NCBI RefSeq assembly: GCF_963921235.1
Contig: NC_086097.1
Coordinates: 86,740,001-86,804,000 of the forward strand
Reading direction: 5' to 3'
Source of the DNA: Mobula hypostoma
Taxonomy: Eukaryota
Length of the DNA: 64,000 nucleotides
Under the pieces are notes generated by a model. That model had not been told where the DNA came from, made no database searches, and saw only the letters and a program-made list of their open reading frames with translations. The position numbers and the translations under genes were made by a program. Positions 42,524 to 55,830 of the stretch are shown here, piece after piece. Within the stretch, counting starts at the first letter, position 1. Every line of letters starts with the position of its first letter.

Positions 42524-42934
42524 ATCTAATCGAACAACTCACCAGTGGGACAGACCCGCAGCCCTTGATGTTCTTAATATGCAACAATGTCTTGTGATCG
42601 CACAAAAGACACAAAGGATGAATAATTACACTTCTGTTTGGGCCTGGAGGAGTCACAATGGAGCTGTACTTAGCCACACAGTCATAGCTCTGAAGCGAGT
42701 AGAGCAGGGCTCTAAGCACACATCTGTGTGGTGGACCTGTGCTGATGGTGATTGTTGAGGAGCTATGATTGCCAATCTGGTGAGAAAATCAAATATCCAG
42801 TTGCACAGGGAGGTATCAAGGCCTAGATCTTGGAGCTTAGTGATTAGTTTGGAAGGGATGATAGTATTGAATGCTGAGCTGTAGTTAATGAAGAGCATCC
42901 TGATGTACAGATCAGCTGTTTGGCAAGAACGGGG

Positions 42935-43688
42935 AGGCAGATTACTATCTGAATGGTGTCAAGTTAGGAAAAGGGGAAGTACAACGAGATCTAGGTGTCC
43001 TTGTTCATCAGTCATTGAAAGTAAGCATGCAGGTACAGCAGGCAGTGAAAGCTAATGGCATGCTGGCCTTCATAACAAAGGGAATTGAGTATAGGAGCAA
43101 AGAGGTCCTTCTGCAGTTGTACAGGGCCCTGGTGAGACCACACCTGGAGTATTGTGTACAGTTTTGGTCTCCAAATTTGAAGAAGGACATTCTAGCAATT
43201 GAGCAAGTGCAGCGTAGGCTCACGAGGTTAATTCCCGGGATGGCGGGACTGTCATATGTTGAAAGATTGGAGGAACTGGGGTTGTATACACTGGAATTCA
43301 GAAGGATGAGAGGGGATCTGATTGAAACATATAAGATTATTAGGGGATTGGACAAGCTAGAGGCAGGAGACTTGGGGGAGTCCAGAACCAGAGGCCACAG
43401 TTTAAGAATAAGGGGTAGACAATTTAGAACAGAGTTGAGGAAAAACTTTTTCACACAGGGGGTTGTGGTTCTGTGGAATGCTCTGCCTCAGAGGGCAGTG
43501 GAGGCCAGTTCTCTGGATTCTTTCAAAAAAGAGTTAGATAGAGCTCTTAAAGATAGTGGAGTGAAGGGATATGGGGAGAAGGCAGGAAAAGGGTACTGAT
43601 TGTGGATGATCAGCCATGATCACAGTGAATGGTGGTGCTGGCTCGAAGGGCTGAATGGCCTACTCCTGCACCGATTGTCTATAGTCTA
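42935..43688 (+). mobile_element. CR1 3' fragment (ORF2 C-terminus and 3' UTR)
   Basis: ORF 43015-43599 LYRALVRPHLEYCVQFWSP..RRMRGDLIETYKII; 3' end GGCCTACTCCTGCACC..GTCTAT. Confidence 0.92.
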
Positions 43689-46574
43689 CTTGGTCCCTTG
43701 AGCCATTTCTGCCATTTAATAAGACTGCTGATTTGATTATCATCTCAGGTCTGCATTCCCCTCTACCTATGGTAACCCTTGTTGATTTCAATTCTCAACA
43801 ATCCTCTCCCTTTAAAAAAATATTTAGAGTCTGTTTCCAATGCTTAGAGGAAGTGGGTTCTAAAGACTTGTTACCTTTGGGGAGAATGTTTTATAGTTCA
43901 TTCCTGTGTGTGACTGTTGCTTGTTAAATGGTGACCCCTAGGTACAGATTCTCTCACATATTAAAACATACAACATCCAAGCTGGCAAGTTCTCTCAGGA
44001 TCTTACATATTTGAATCAATCTCATTTCAATCTTTTAATCTTGAGTGGATGCGAGCCTAGATTGTTCAATCTTTTCTCATGTCAACCTATCCATTCGAGG
44101 TATTTTTCTGAACTGTTTTTTGTACATTATCATTGTTTTAGGAAAAAGATAAACCCATCAATTTCTATGTAACTAAAGCATCATCTCCCCTCTTATGTAT
44201 TCAATTATCTTTACAATAAACATTAGCATGCTGGTAGCTCTCCAGTCATCTGCAGTACCTGTATACTAGCTTTGAAAATTATGCATGGGGCTACCAACAT
44301 CTTTCTAATCTCAGAGTTCTGCAGTCTCTCCATATTTAGATAATATACTTTCTTATTCTCCTGTCAAAATGGTCAGTTTCACATTTTCGTACATGTTGCC
44401 GCATTTGCCAGATCTGTTTCTTTGTAGCAACCTTATGTTATTTTCACCTCTTACTTTCCTTCTTATCAATGTGCCTATTTGGCAACCATTCTCATTGTGG
44501 ACAGAAGATACTCAAAATCTGTAGTTTAATCTTCATAATAAAAATACATCTTTAATAACTGGCAATTTAAATTTAATCTTGAATGAACAAATTACTTCTC
44601 CATCAGGCCACACTATTAATTTTCCCTTCTTGAAATGAACATACAGGATTTAAAAATAGGATTTTATTTTCAGCTAATTTTGATGTATTAATTATTCTGT
44701 AACCCAGGTGGATTTGATTCAATTTCCTAGCACTTGACATAGGCCATGTCATTTTAAAAAAAATTGGAAATCCTGTAGATAAATGTATGTATTTATTGAA
44801 ATTATTGAATGAAGCTTGTATCGTTTTTTTTGTGAAATTTTGATATTGCTTTAACTGCTAGTCAATTTTGGAATAATTAACTATTTGTGGGATTTTGCAT
44901 TGTATTGCAGTATCCCACAATTGTATTGTTACATATAATATTGAAATAAGTACTTATCCAACGCTGATGTTTGGGGAGCATCTTCCACTTCTGCAGAATA
45001 ATCACTTACTCTGACTTTGTTAGCTATTATTTATCAAATTGATTTTTTTACCCCTGCCTCAAGCTGACATTAGTTCATCTGCTCTATAGATATTAATTTT
45101 TGTGATTTTTGTTGTCAATTGTTAAATCCATATCAACAGCATTCAATTTTTTCTCAACTTTTTTTTAACTTTACCAACAAAAAATTGATTAATTCAGCTA
45201 AACGTCGTGTCTTTTACAAATCAATTGTAGCTCTCTTTAGTCAACTCAGTTTCTTCAAATGTCTATTTTGTTTTTTAACCTGTTTATTGTTTCTAAAAAA
45301 GCTTATCTTCAACTAATATTAACTGTCTGGCCAGTAAATGTTACAAATGTCCTTGCAAATGCTTTCCAACTTGTGTAAAAAATATGTAAATATCTCATTC
45401 TGGAAGTCATTCTAGTAATGTAAAATGGACTTCACTGGAGCCATATGCACATTTACTGTTTGATTTTAGAATCACTTTGGTGGTTATAGGTTACCTACCT
45501 ATGGATACACTATATTCTTCAACAAAGCATGGTCTAATAGACTAAAGTAAAAATAAAAATGCATCAATTAATTATAAAGTAATTTAACATCTCACATACC
45601 ATTAATTCCAAGTGTTGGTCTACTTGTATGGAGGGATTGTGGTAGTCTGATGCTGGCTACTTAATCATATAAGTATAAGACAGGGAATACTTGTGCTAGT
45701 GCCACTAAAGTTAAAGATGCTGGTGGTCATTCAACCTTAAGAGTCCATTTGTCCAGGGAAGACTGCCCAGCAGCCTTTAATTTTCCAGTGTACCAATGCA
45801 CACCATCTAGAATGAACTAGCTTACCTCTGAACCTGGTGGTATTAAGCTCTATCTGCTAAAGCATTCCAATCCTGTTTTGAAATGCCCAAGTGGTATGGC
45901 CAAGTCTTTTAATAGGAACATTTTTCCATTTGGGTGAATCATCTGGTAGAGTGTCAGCACCTGTGGACACTGAGTTTCCTGTAACATCTTGACCTTTATC
46001 TTCCTTCTCAAGCTTGAGTTGATAAGCCAGCTTGATGATTTTATAGGCCACAGTTTTCTCAAAACCCTTAAAGTCACGTATGAACTGAGGGCACGCTATA
46101 TCCTGAACTGATTGTCAGTTTTCCCTCTACTCGGAGCCACAGTCTTATTGATGATCACATAGATATTCCACCTTTTCTAATCTTCCTTGTTCCAAGTTTT
46201 CCTGTTCTCCCTTTTTTTTTCAGCCTAGATAACAGGAGCAAACATCCTGCTTAGAGAATGTGCTTTCAATATTACAGCAGCTCCTTGATCAATCTGTTGT
46301 AACAATGAGGTTATGTTTGGTGGCATGTACATCACCCTAATGTCTGATAGTCTCCAAATATTCAGGTTGCACAGCAGCATTATCAAGGATTGAAAAGATT
46401 TTGGAGGGCCTTTATTTGGCTTGGCTATATGCTGTCAAATGAAAGCTTAGGTAGTGTCAAAACCAGGGCTCAAATATGACAAGAGTAATCCAGGCCCTCT
46501 GGTTAACATCCATATACTGGGGAGAGAGTAATTGATAATCCCTTTCAAGGGGTTTCAACACAACACACTAAACA

Positions 46575-47360
46575 CTAAGGGCGACAATCATACCAGTGCC
46601 CAAGAAAAGCAACAGGAAATGCATCAACAACTTGCCCAGTTGCACTCACATCTACTGTGATGAATTGCTTTGAGGGGTTGATCATGGACAGAATCAACTC
46701 CTGCTTAAGCAAGGACCTGAACCCACTGCAATGTCACTGGCTCTCCACTCAACCTTGGGTCACCTGGACAATAGAAATACCTATGTCATACTCTGTTGAT
46801 TACAGCTCAGCATTCAACACCATCATTCTATCAGTACAAATTTAAAAAAGTTCCAAAACCTGGGCCTCTGTATCTCCCTCTCCAACTGGATCCTTGACTT
46901 TCCCACTGGAGGACCACAGTCAGTACAGATCAGAAATAACATCTCCTCACTGACAGTCAACACTGGCTTAGTCCACTGCTCTACTCTCAATACACCCACA
47001 ACTGTGTGGCTAGGCACAACTCAAATGCCATCTACATATTTGCTGATGACACAGCTCTCGTAAGGAGAACTTCAGATGGTGACAAAGAGCTGTACGGGAA
47101 TGATATAGATCAGCTGGTTGAGAGGTATTGCAACAACAACATTGCACTCAACATCAGTAAGACCAAAGAATTGATTATCTACCTCAGGAAGAGGAAGTTG
47201 AGGGAACATCACCAATCCTTGTTGAGGGATCAGCAGTGGGAAGGCTGAGCAGTTTGAAGTTCCTGGGTGTCAACATCTCTGAAGATCTATCCTGGGCCTA
47301 AAATATTGCTGCAATTACAAATAAGGCATGCCAGGAGCAATATTTCATAAGGAGTTTTGA
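46575..47360 (+). mobile_element. Decayed Rex1/Babar RT fragment
   Basis: [33 protein letters not shown]. Confidence 0.82.
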
Positions 47361-50053
47361 GTGACATTAGCTCTCCTTGCAATCATTCTCACAGTATCTC
47401 CACATGGGACAGTCTTGTCATCCAAAGAATTAATTGAATGGACCTATGCTGCACTGACTTGGATACATTTGCCCTCCTTTAGATGCAGAAACTAAATAAA
47501 GCTGCATGGTGTACTCGAAACATGCTGTCAATGAAGCAGTTCTCAATCTCAGGGAGAGTTTGCTACTTTTATCCTGAAGCCAACTAGCCTGACTGGCTTA
47601 AACAAGCCTTCACCTTGCTCATTCCTCAAGACTATTGGTGTTGGTTTATTGTTATTACATGTTCCAAGATAGAGTGAAAAGCTTCTCTGCATACAGTTTA
47701 TACAGATGAAATCATTGCAGAGTGCATTGAGGTGGAACAAGTTAAATCAACAATAAATGAAGTGTAAGAACTACAGAGAAGGTGTTGTACAGGTAAACAA
47801 TAAAATGCAAGATCATAATGAGGCAGATTGTGAGGTCAAAAGTACATTTTATCATGCAAGTTTCTGTTAACAGTGGATAGAAGTTGTTCTTGAGCCTGGT
47901 GGTATGTACATTCAAGATTTTGTATCTTCTGCCTGATGGAAGAGAGAATATTCTAACACTTGGTTTGATACCAGTGTAATCAGAGTAACCCTTTGATATA
48001 TCCTTATGGCTCGTGAACTGGCACACAATGATGTAATCTCAGCATTTACCAGGATTTTTGACTGGCACTTACTTCCCTCCTACAATACTGTTACTCAGTA
48101 TTGTAGGAGGGAAGAGTTAACATGTAGCATAAGAAGAATGATTGAAGAGCCTCAACAACCTTCCTTATGCCACAATAGATGTCACATTGCAAAATTTCTA
48201 GTTTTTGTCCGTAACTGGCCAAATGCATGTTAAGTTTATTTCTTTGTTTGTTTGGGAATGCATTTTTTGCCTGTTCTTAAGTTTTATTTCTAGCAATAGT
48301 AGATAATGTATTTCAGTGGGAATGAACTTTTGAAGTGAAAAGTTTACATGTTCAACAACATTGACCTTAATTGCTTGAATTACTTCCTGCAAACTCTTAA
48401 TGGACAAGATTTCTTAACAGATCCCTTCCCTCCATCATCTTTTTTTTGTGTGCCAAAACCTTTCTACATGACTTCTGTGCGTTCTTGTAGTTACGATGTT
48501 TACTAGTAAGATGCCTGGAAATGCTATCATTTCTGATTTGTGTTTAAAAATGTAAAGTCATGTATTTTTCATTAATACATGCCACTAAACACTTTGAAAA
48601 AAGTCCTAGACATCTATAGAATCATCTCAACAACCAGAAATGATCAAGCTACAACTATTTCTACTTTTGCTTTATTGAAACATTTCCTATGATGTAGATA
48701 CAGCAAATGCCTCGGAAACCTTTGGTCAAATACCACTTTATTTAGTGACTTACTCACTCACATTGATTCAGTCATTTCGAGATGCAGTGCAGAACAGGCC
48801 CTTCTGGCTCAACAAGCTGCACCACCCAGCAACCCACTATTTAACACTAGCCCAACCAAAGGACAATTTAGAATAACCAATTAGCCTACTAATTGGTATG
48901 CTTTGCACTATGCAAAGAAACTAGAGCACCGGGAGGAAACCCACACAATTCACAGGGAGTAAGTACAAACTTCTTACAGATAGCAGCACAATTTAACTCT
49001 AAACTCCAGAACACACAGAGCTGTAATAATTTAAACGCAAACAACAGGAATTCTGCAGATGCTGGAAATTCAAGCAACACACATAGAAGTTGCTGGTGAA
49101 CGCAGCAGGCCAGGCAGCATCTCTAGGAAGAGGTGCAGTCGACGTTTTAAGGCCGAGACCCTTCGTCAGGACTAACTGAAGGAAGAGTGAGTAAGGGATT
49201 TGAAAGTTGGAGGGGGAGATCCAAAATGATAGGAGAAGACAGGAGGGGGAGGGATAGAGCCAAGAGCTGGACAGGTAATAGGCAAAAGGGATACGAGAGG
49301 ATCATGGGACAGGAGGACCGGGAAGAAAGATGGGGGGGGGGACCCAGAGGATGGGCAAGGGGTATATTCAGAGGGACAGAGGGAGAAAAAGGAGAGTGAG
49401 AGAAAGAATGTGTGTATAAAAATAAGTAACAGATGGGGTACGAGGGCGAGGTGGGGCATTAGCGGAAGTTAGAGAAGTCGATGTTCATGCCATCAGGTTG
49501 GAGGCTACCCAGACAGAATATAAGGTGTTGTTCCTCCAACCTGAGTGTGGCTTCATCTTTACAGTAGAGGAGGCTGTGGATAGACATGTCAGAATGGGAA
49601 TGGGATGTGGAATTAAAATGTGTGGCCACTGGGAGATCCTGCTTTCTCTGGCGGACAGAGTGTAGATGTTCAACAAAGCGGTCTCCCAGTCTGCGTTGGG
49701 TCTCGCCAATATATAAAAGGCCGCAGCGGACGCAGTATATCACCCCAGCCGACTCACAGGTGAAGTGTTGCCTCACCTGGAAGGACTGTTTGGGGCCCTG
49801 AATGGTGGTAAGGGAGGAGGTGTAAGGGCATGTGTAGCACTTGTTCCGCTTACACGGATAAGTGCCAGGAGGGAGATCAGTGGAGAGGGATGGGGGGGAC
49901 GAATGGACAAGGGAGTTGCGTAGGCAGCAATCCCTGCGGAATGCAGAGAGAGGTGGGGAGGGAAAGATGTGCTTAGTGGTGGGATCCCGTTGGAGGTGGT
50001 GGAAGTTACGGCGAATAATATGTTGGACCCGGAGGTTGGTGGGGTGGTAGGTA

Positions 50054-50545
50054 TTCCGCAGGGATCACTCCCTATGCAACTCCCTTGTCCATTCGTCCCC
50101 CCCATCCCTCCCCACTGATCTCCCTCCTGGCACTTATCCGTGTAAGCGGAACAAGTGCTACACATGCCCTTACACTTCCTCCCTTACCACCATTCAGGGC
50201 CCCAGACAGTCCTTCCAGGTGAGGCAACACTTCACCTGTGAGTCGGCTGGGGTGATATACTGCGTCCGGTGCTCCCGATGTGGCCTTCTATATATTGGCG
50301 AGACCCGACGCAGACTGGGAGACCACTTTGCTGAACATCTACGCTCTGTCCGCCAGAGAAAGCAGGATCTCCCAGTGGCCACACATTTTAATTCCACATC
50401 CCATTCCCATTCTGACATGTCTATCCACGGCCTCCTCTACTGTAAAGATGAAGCCACACTCAGGTTGGAGGAACAACACCTTATATTCCATCTGGGTAGC
50501 CTCCAACCTGATGGCATGAACATCGACTTCTCTAACTTCCGCTAA
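50054..50545 (+). pseudogene. PLE ORF C-terminus: Cys linker plus GIY-YIG endonuclease (open but 5'-truncated)
   Basis: Uninterrupted frame FRRDHSL..PCKRNKCYTCPY..VIYCVRCSRCGLLYIGETRRRLGDHFAEH..VATHFN..LRLEEQHLIFHLGSLQPDGMN. No RT and no ATG before the domain. Confidence 0.88.
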
Positions 50546-50838
50546 TGCCCCACCTCGCCCTCGTACCCCATCTGTTACTTATTTTTATACACACATTCTT
50601 TCTCTCACTCTCCTTTTTCTCCCTCTGTCCCTCTGAATATACCCTTTGCCCATCCTCTGGGTCCCCCCCCCTTGTCTTTCTTCACGGACCTCCTGTCCCA
50701 TGGTCCTCTCGTATCCCCTTTTTGCCTATCACCTGTCCAGCTCTTGGCTCTATCCCTCCCCCTCCTGTCTTCTCCTATCATTTTGGATCTCCCCCTCCCC
50801 CTCCAACTTTCAAATCCCTTACTCACCCTTCCTTCAGT

Positions 50839-50876
50839 TAGTCCTGATGAAGGGTCTCGGCCTGAAACGTCGACTG
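50839..50876 (+). ncRNA. Minimal type I hammerhead ribozyme (PLE-associated)
   Basis: TAGTC-CTGATGA-AGG GTCTCGG CCT-GAAA-CG-TC-GACTG: stem I (T)AGTC/GACT(G), core CUGAUGA 50844-50850, stem II AGG/CCT, GAAA 50864-50867, palindromic ACGU stem III. Predicted cleavage after GUC at 50871. Confidence 0.8.
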
Positions 50877-52589
50877 CACCTCTTCCTAGAGATGCTGCCT
50901 GGCCTGCTGCGTTCACCAGCGACTTTTATGTGTGGAGCTGTCATAATGTTGTGCTAATAGCTACACTACTGTGGTGCCCTTCTTAAGCTTTCTTTGTTAC
51001 AAGGGCATTGCAACCAGAATAAACCTTCAACTTTGCCTGTTGTTTTATGTCTTAATCTGTTTTTTAAAACAAAAAAGTGTAAGGTTTACACACCAGATAA
51101 TGAAGGAAATGCATGGTGCCCAATGTTACCCCTTTCCTGAGTTTCAACATTGCTGCTGTATTGGGTATCTGCTGTTTGTAGCTCCTTGATGCTCTCATCG
51201 TGTTGGTTTTTAAGCCTGGCAGGAAATTTATTTTGTCAAAAAGTTATTTTAATTTTTCTTGTTAGTTAAAATTAGCAATGTTTGGAGCCATTAGGCATTC
51301 TCCTTAGATGACAAATCATCAGGTCAGAGAAATCCAGCCTGTTGCAATGTGAGCTGTATGTGTACATCAAATCTATTTAAAACTAATTAAATTGTTATTT
51401 TATTTACAAAGGGATTTTATGTCTCTTTAACTGTTGTCCCCTGATATTGAATAGAAGATATAATAAATGGTAAAAGAATGTTAAATCAGAAGAATGGGTA
51501 CACATGTAGAAGTGAATGAATGGAGAATATCTCTTTGTTTTAAGGCCTTTGATAAAACACGTTTGAAATGAACTTCACTGTGACAAAAGAGTTAATGGTT
51601 TAACATCTAGTACACGCTGGTGGATTTTTCCATCATTCCATTAAAGCTACATTGAAAATTGGTTCTAATATAAGTGACCCATTGTTGCAGTATTGTTTAT
51701 ACCCCTGAGAAGTCAAATTTGATTTTGAGCCCATTTAGGCTTACCTTGCTAATACATGGGTAAAAGTGCATCTGAGCTATGGTGTAGGCCGCTGGTCCAA
51801 TGACATCTATCAAAGCATCAGATGTCACTCGACCTATGACATCTGGTTTCTGTTTTCTGCAGAAAGTGCTTGTGATCAAATTAGCTGCTCTAAGACAGCC
51901 AATAGAAGCTTTGTATATGACTGACCCTAAGATGATACTATCTGTGGTTTATTATTTCCTAAAAGGAAACAGCTAGCTTTTGCTTGGTGCCTGCTTATGA
52001 AACTCCAATAAGCTTCAGAGCAGGAGGGACAGTACAGACATATTCATGTTCCACCAAGCACACTGTTTCACAGCCTCACATAAATGTGTGCTATTTCTGG
52101 CCTCTCCCCAAACCTTTTGATAAGAGTGCTTCAAAGTTATTGTCTGCTGTTCAGATGTTTTGCCTTACAGCTGTGTTTCTAGGTAGCGATTTTTAAAAAT
52201 AGATGATAGTTAACATAAAAGGATAGATTTGAAGAAAGGACAATTAATATATATCCATGAAGGTATTCAACAAATAATTTTTTTAAACTTTGTGTAAAAT
52301 TCAAATTGAACTCTGATATCCAATTGTCTGATCCATTTTTTAATGTTGCATATTTTTGGGATGATATTAAAATATAAATGCATTTATTTTCATAAGCTGC
52401 AGGTTAACTTAGGTTACAATTTACAGTGTGCAACTAGCTGTCAAATATCTGCAACAGAGTTGTTCGAATCCTCTTGATGGACTGAAGTTTCATATAAACT
52501 GATAGTGCTTTCAGTCATAAGCAATATAATTCTTCTGTTCTCAGAATTGTATTCTGTATACATTAATAAATGTAGTTTGACTTTGGTTT

Positions 52590-53885
52590 TTCCTCACAAA
52601 GTGGAACACCTCACACTTGTCTGTATTAAATTCTATTTGCCATTTTTCCACCCATTGATGGCCTTCTTTGCTGTCCACTATGTGCCCCAATATGCTCCCA
52701 ATCTTGGTGTCATCCGCAAATTTGCTGATCCAGCTTATCACATTATTATCCAAATCTTTGATGTATAGATGACAAACAACAATAGACCCAGCATTGATCC
52801 CTGTGGTACACTATTAGTATCTGCCTTCCAGGTGAGAGGTAACCTCCTATTACCACTTTCTCACTTCACCTGCTAAACCAATGTTGAATCCAATTTACTG
52901 CTTCATCCTGAATGCTAAAGCGACTGAACCATCTGGACAAGCCTTCGATGCAGGACTTTGTCAAAGGCCTTGCTAAAGTCCATGTAGAAAACAACCACTG
53001 CCTTTCTTTTGTCAAGTCTTTTGGTAATCTCGAAAAACTCTTAAGATTAGTTAGATACAGTCTACCATGCACAAAGCCATGTTGACTATCCCTAATCAGA
53101 CCCTGCTATCCAAATACTGTCCCATAGAATACCTCCCAATAATTGACCCACTACTGATGTCAGGTTCACCGCCCTATCATTTCCAGGCTTATTCTTGGAA
53201 CCTTTCTTGAACAATGGAAGAACATTAGCTATCCTCTAATCCTTTGGTACTTCACCCATGACTAAGGACATTTCATTTAACTCTACCAGGGCCCTTTCTA
53301 TTTCTGTGCCAGCCTCCACGAAATCTGGCGGGGTGGGGGGGGGGCACCTTGTCAGGCCCTGAGAAGTTATCCACCCTAATATGCCTTAAAAAAGCAAGCA
53401 CTGCGTCTTCTATAATCTGGATACAGTCCATGACCTCTCTACTGTTTTTCTCAGTCCTTTGTGTCTGCCTTCAGAGTAAGTACAGATGCAAAAAATCCAT
53501 TTAAGTTTTCTCACAATTCTTTTGACTGAATGCATAGATGACCACATTGATCTTAACATGAATTAATTTTGTCCCTTGCTATCCTTTTGCTTGTAATATA
53601 TCTGTAGAAGTCCTAGAGATTCTCCTTCACTTGACTGCCGGAGCAACTCATGGCTTATTTTAGCCTTCCTGATTTCCTTCTTAAGTGTTCTTTTTAATTT
53701 CTTATAGTCCTCAAGTACCTCATTGGTTCCTTGCCCCCTGTACTTGATGTGCATCTCCTTCTTGACCAGGGCCTAAATATCTTTTGAAAACCAAGGTTTC
53801 CTGAACCTGTTAGCCTTGCTTTTTATTCTAATAGGATCATACAGACTCTGTGCTCTCAATATTTCATTTTTGTAGGCATCCCTTT
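52590..53885 (-). mobile_element. Decayed CR1 ORF2 fragment
   Basis: SWISKFADDTKIG..WVEKWQIEFNTDKCEV, HGRLYLTNL and LKKEIRKAK on minus. Confidence 0.85.
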
Positions 53886-53894
53886 GCCAGAAAG

Positions 53895-54243
53895 AGAAGA
53901 AAGCAGCATTAGGAGGTGCAGGGAGGGGAAGAACACAAACTAGAAGTTGATAAGTGAAGCCAGGTGGGAAGGGGAGGGGAATGAATTATGGAGATGGGAA
54001 TTTATACGTGGACAAGGTAAAGAGCAGGAGAAGAATGAATCTGAAAGGATAGTGAAGAGGACCAGAGGAGAAAGGGAAGGGGGAGGGGCACCTTGGGCGA
54101 GGTGGTGAGAAGAGACGAGGTAAGAGGGAGTTAGAATGAATAGAAGTAGAGGGAAGGAAGAAGTGAAAAAATACTAGAAGTTAGAGAAATCAATGTTCAT
54201 GCCATCAGGTTGGAGGAATATGAGGTGTTGCTCCTCCAACCTT
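53895..54243 (-). mobile_element. Decayed PLE 3' fragment
   Basis: gaagttagagaaatcaatgttcatgccatcaggttggagg..ggtgttgctcctccaacct matches 49465-49542; purine-rich UTR. Confidence 0.75.
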
Positions 54244-54299
54244 AAGGGTAGCTTTCCTTGAGGAGGTGACTTTTGGCTTTAATATATTTCTGATCTGAG

Positions 54300-54848
<549 letters not shown>

Positions 54849-55699
54849 TAATTAAACCATTTATACTTGCTCCTGCACGCTTATCTTGGGCTGCAGATTC
54901 TTCTATCTTTATGTTCTGTCAAAGCAAAATTCTTGGTAATGTCCTATTATTGAACCACCCAGTGAATTGGCCAGATCAAATTTCTATTTTGTTTTGGTTA
55001 CACAATGATTCTACATTATCTTGCATTAAAATTGGTCAGTTCTGCTGCAAACAGGAATGGCTTTGAATTCAATATCAAATCCTGAGGATGCATTGTATCT
55101 AACTGAAAAAGGAGGTACTGCTCCTCAATGTTACATTCAGGCTTTGTTGGAATAGTGTTAGCAGTTGAAGTCAGAGATATTTCATTGGCATAGAAGATTT
55201 AAGGGAATGGCTGCTTAAGAGCCTAGGGAAAGACTTAAGGGAAAGTCAACATTGCAGAATCAATAAATTGCACCTTGAAGACATTAAATAGCATTTATTT
55301 GTTCACTAAATTGTCACTAAAATTTATTCTGTCACCTTGGTAAGTTTGATCTCCATCTTATTCCAAGCATTATTTTTGTTCTTTTCAAGCTTAAATATCC
55401 TTGCTTTCTTATGTTTCTGATTCCATTGAAAGATTATGGAGCTGAAACATTAGTTTCTCTGTCTGTGGATGCTGACCCATCTCCTTGATAACTTTATTAC
55501 ATCATTTTTATTTCAGATTTTCCTCATCTTCAGTAGCTTGTTTTTCAGTTACTGCAATTGTTCCAAGGTCATGTCAAAATTAAATACTGCGAAATTCCAA
55601 CACGGCTCTGCCTGCAATCTTCTGGCTTTGTTAACAAAATTCCTGTGATTTTTTTTCATTAAAGTGGAAATCTTTTATCTTGGTATTTCTACAGATTTA

Positions 55700-55830
55700 T
55701 TGCTGCTGCTATACAACTCTAGGGACTCTGGTCTAATCTTGGTCGTGGATACTGTTTGTGTGGAGTTTATACATTCAGCTCATGAATTGGTTTCCTCAAG
55801 ATACTCCTGTTTCCTCCCATATCCTAGAGT
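55700..55830 (+). mobile_element. Decayed V-SINE fragment
   Basis: tgtttgtgtggagtttatacattc..ggtttcctcaagatactcctgtttcctcccatatcc is V-domain-like. Confidence 0.6.

Larger units (their letters stand above)
39115..42910 (-). mobile_element. Rex1/Babar-type LINE interrupted by nested insertions (40047-42651)
   Basis: [27 protein letters not shown] (42653-42898) and YDCVAKYSS continue into KLADGTTVV at ~40040. 3' part SITGKAIPTIEHIYKECCHK and tail at 39115-39140. Confidence 0.85.
49031..50934. mobile_element. Penelope-like element (Neptune-type), head-to-head inverted 3' halves, 13-bp TSD
   Basis: Arms 49078-49942 and 50053-50934 are reverse complements. GIY-YIG ORFs on both strands (49459-49776 minus, 50219-50545 plus). 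TSD GAGCTGTAATAAT 49018-49030 / GAGCTGTCATAAT 50935-50947. Confidence 0.93.
48775..50980 (-). mobile_element. tRNA-derived V-SINE (HE1-like) split by the PLE insertion
   Basis: Head GGGCACCACAGTAGTGTAGCTATTAGCACAAC at ~50948-50979 (minus). V-domain-like GTGGGTTTCCTCCCGGTGCTCTAGTTTC at ~48917-48944. CR1-like tail near 48780. Confidence 0.75.

Noticed and set aside
49136..49173. Second active hammerhead on the minus strand
   Set aside because: The core GAAA is changed to TAAAA (G12 lost).
50219..50545. GIY-YIG ORF as a host or domesticated nuclease gene
   Set aside because: It is the truncated end of a PLE ORF with a GTG 'start', bounded by a TSD, with no sign of a promoter or domestication.
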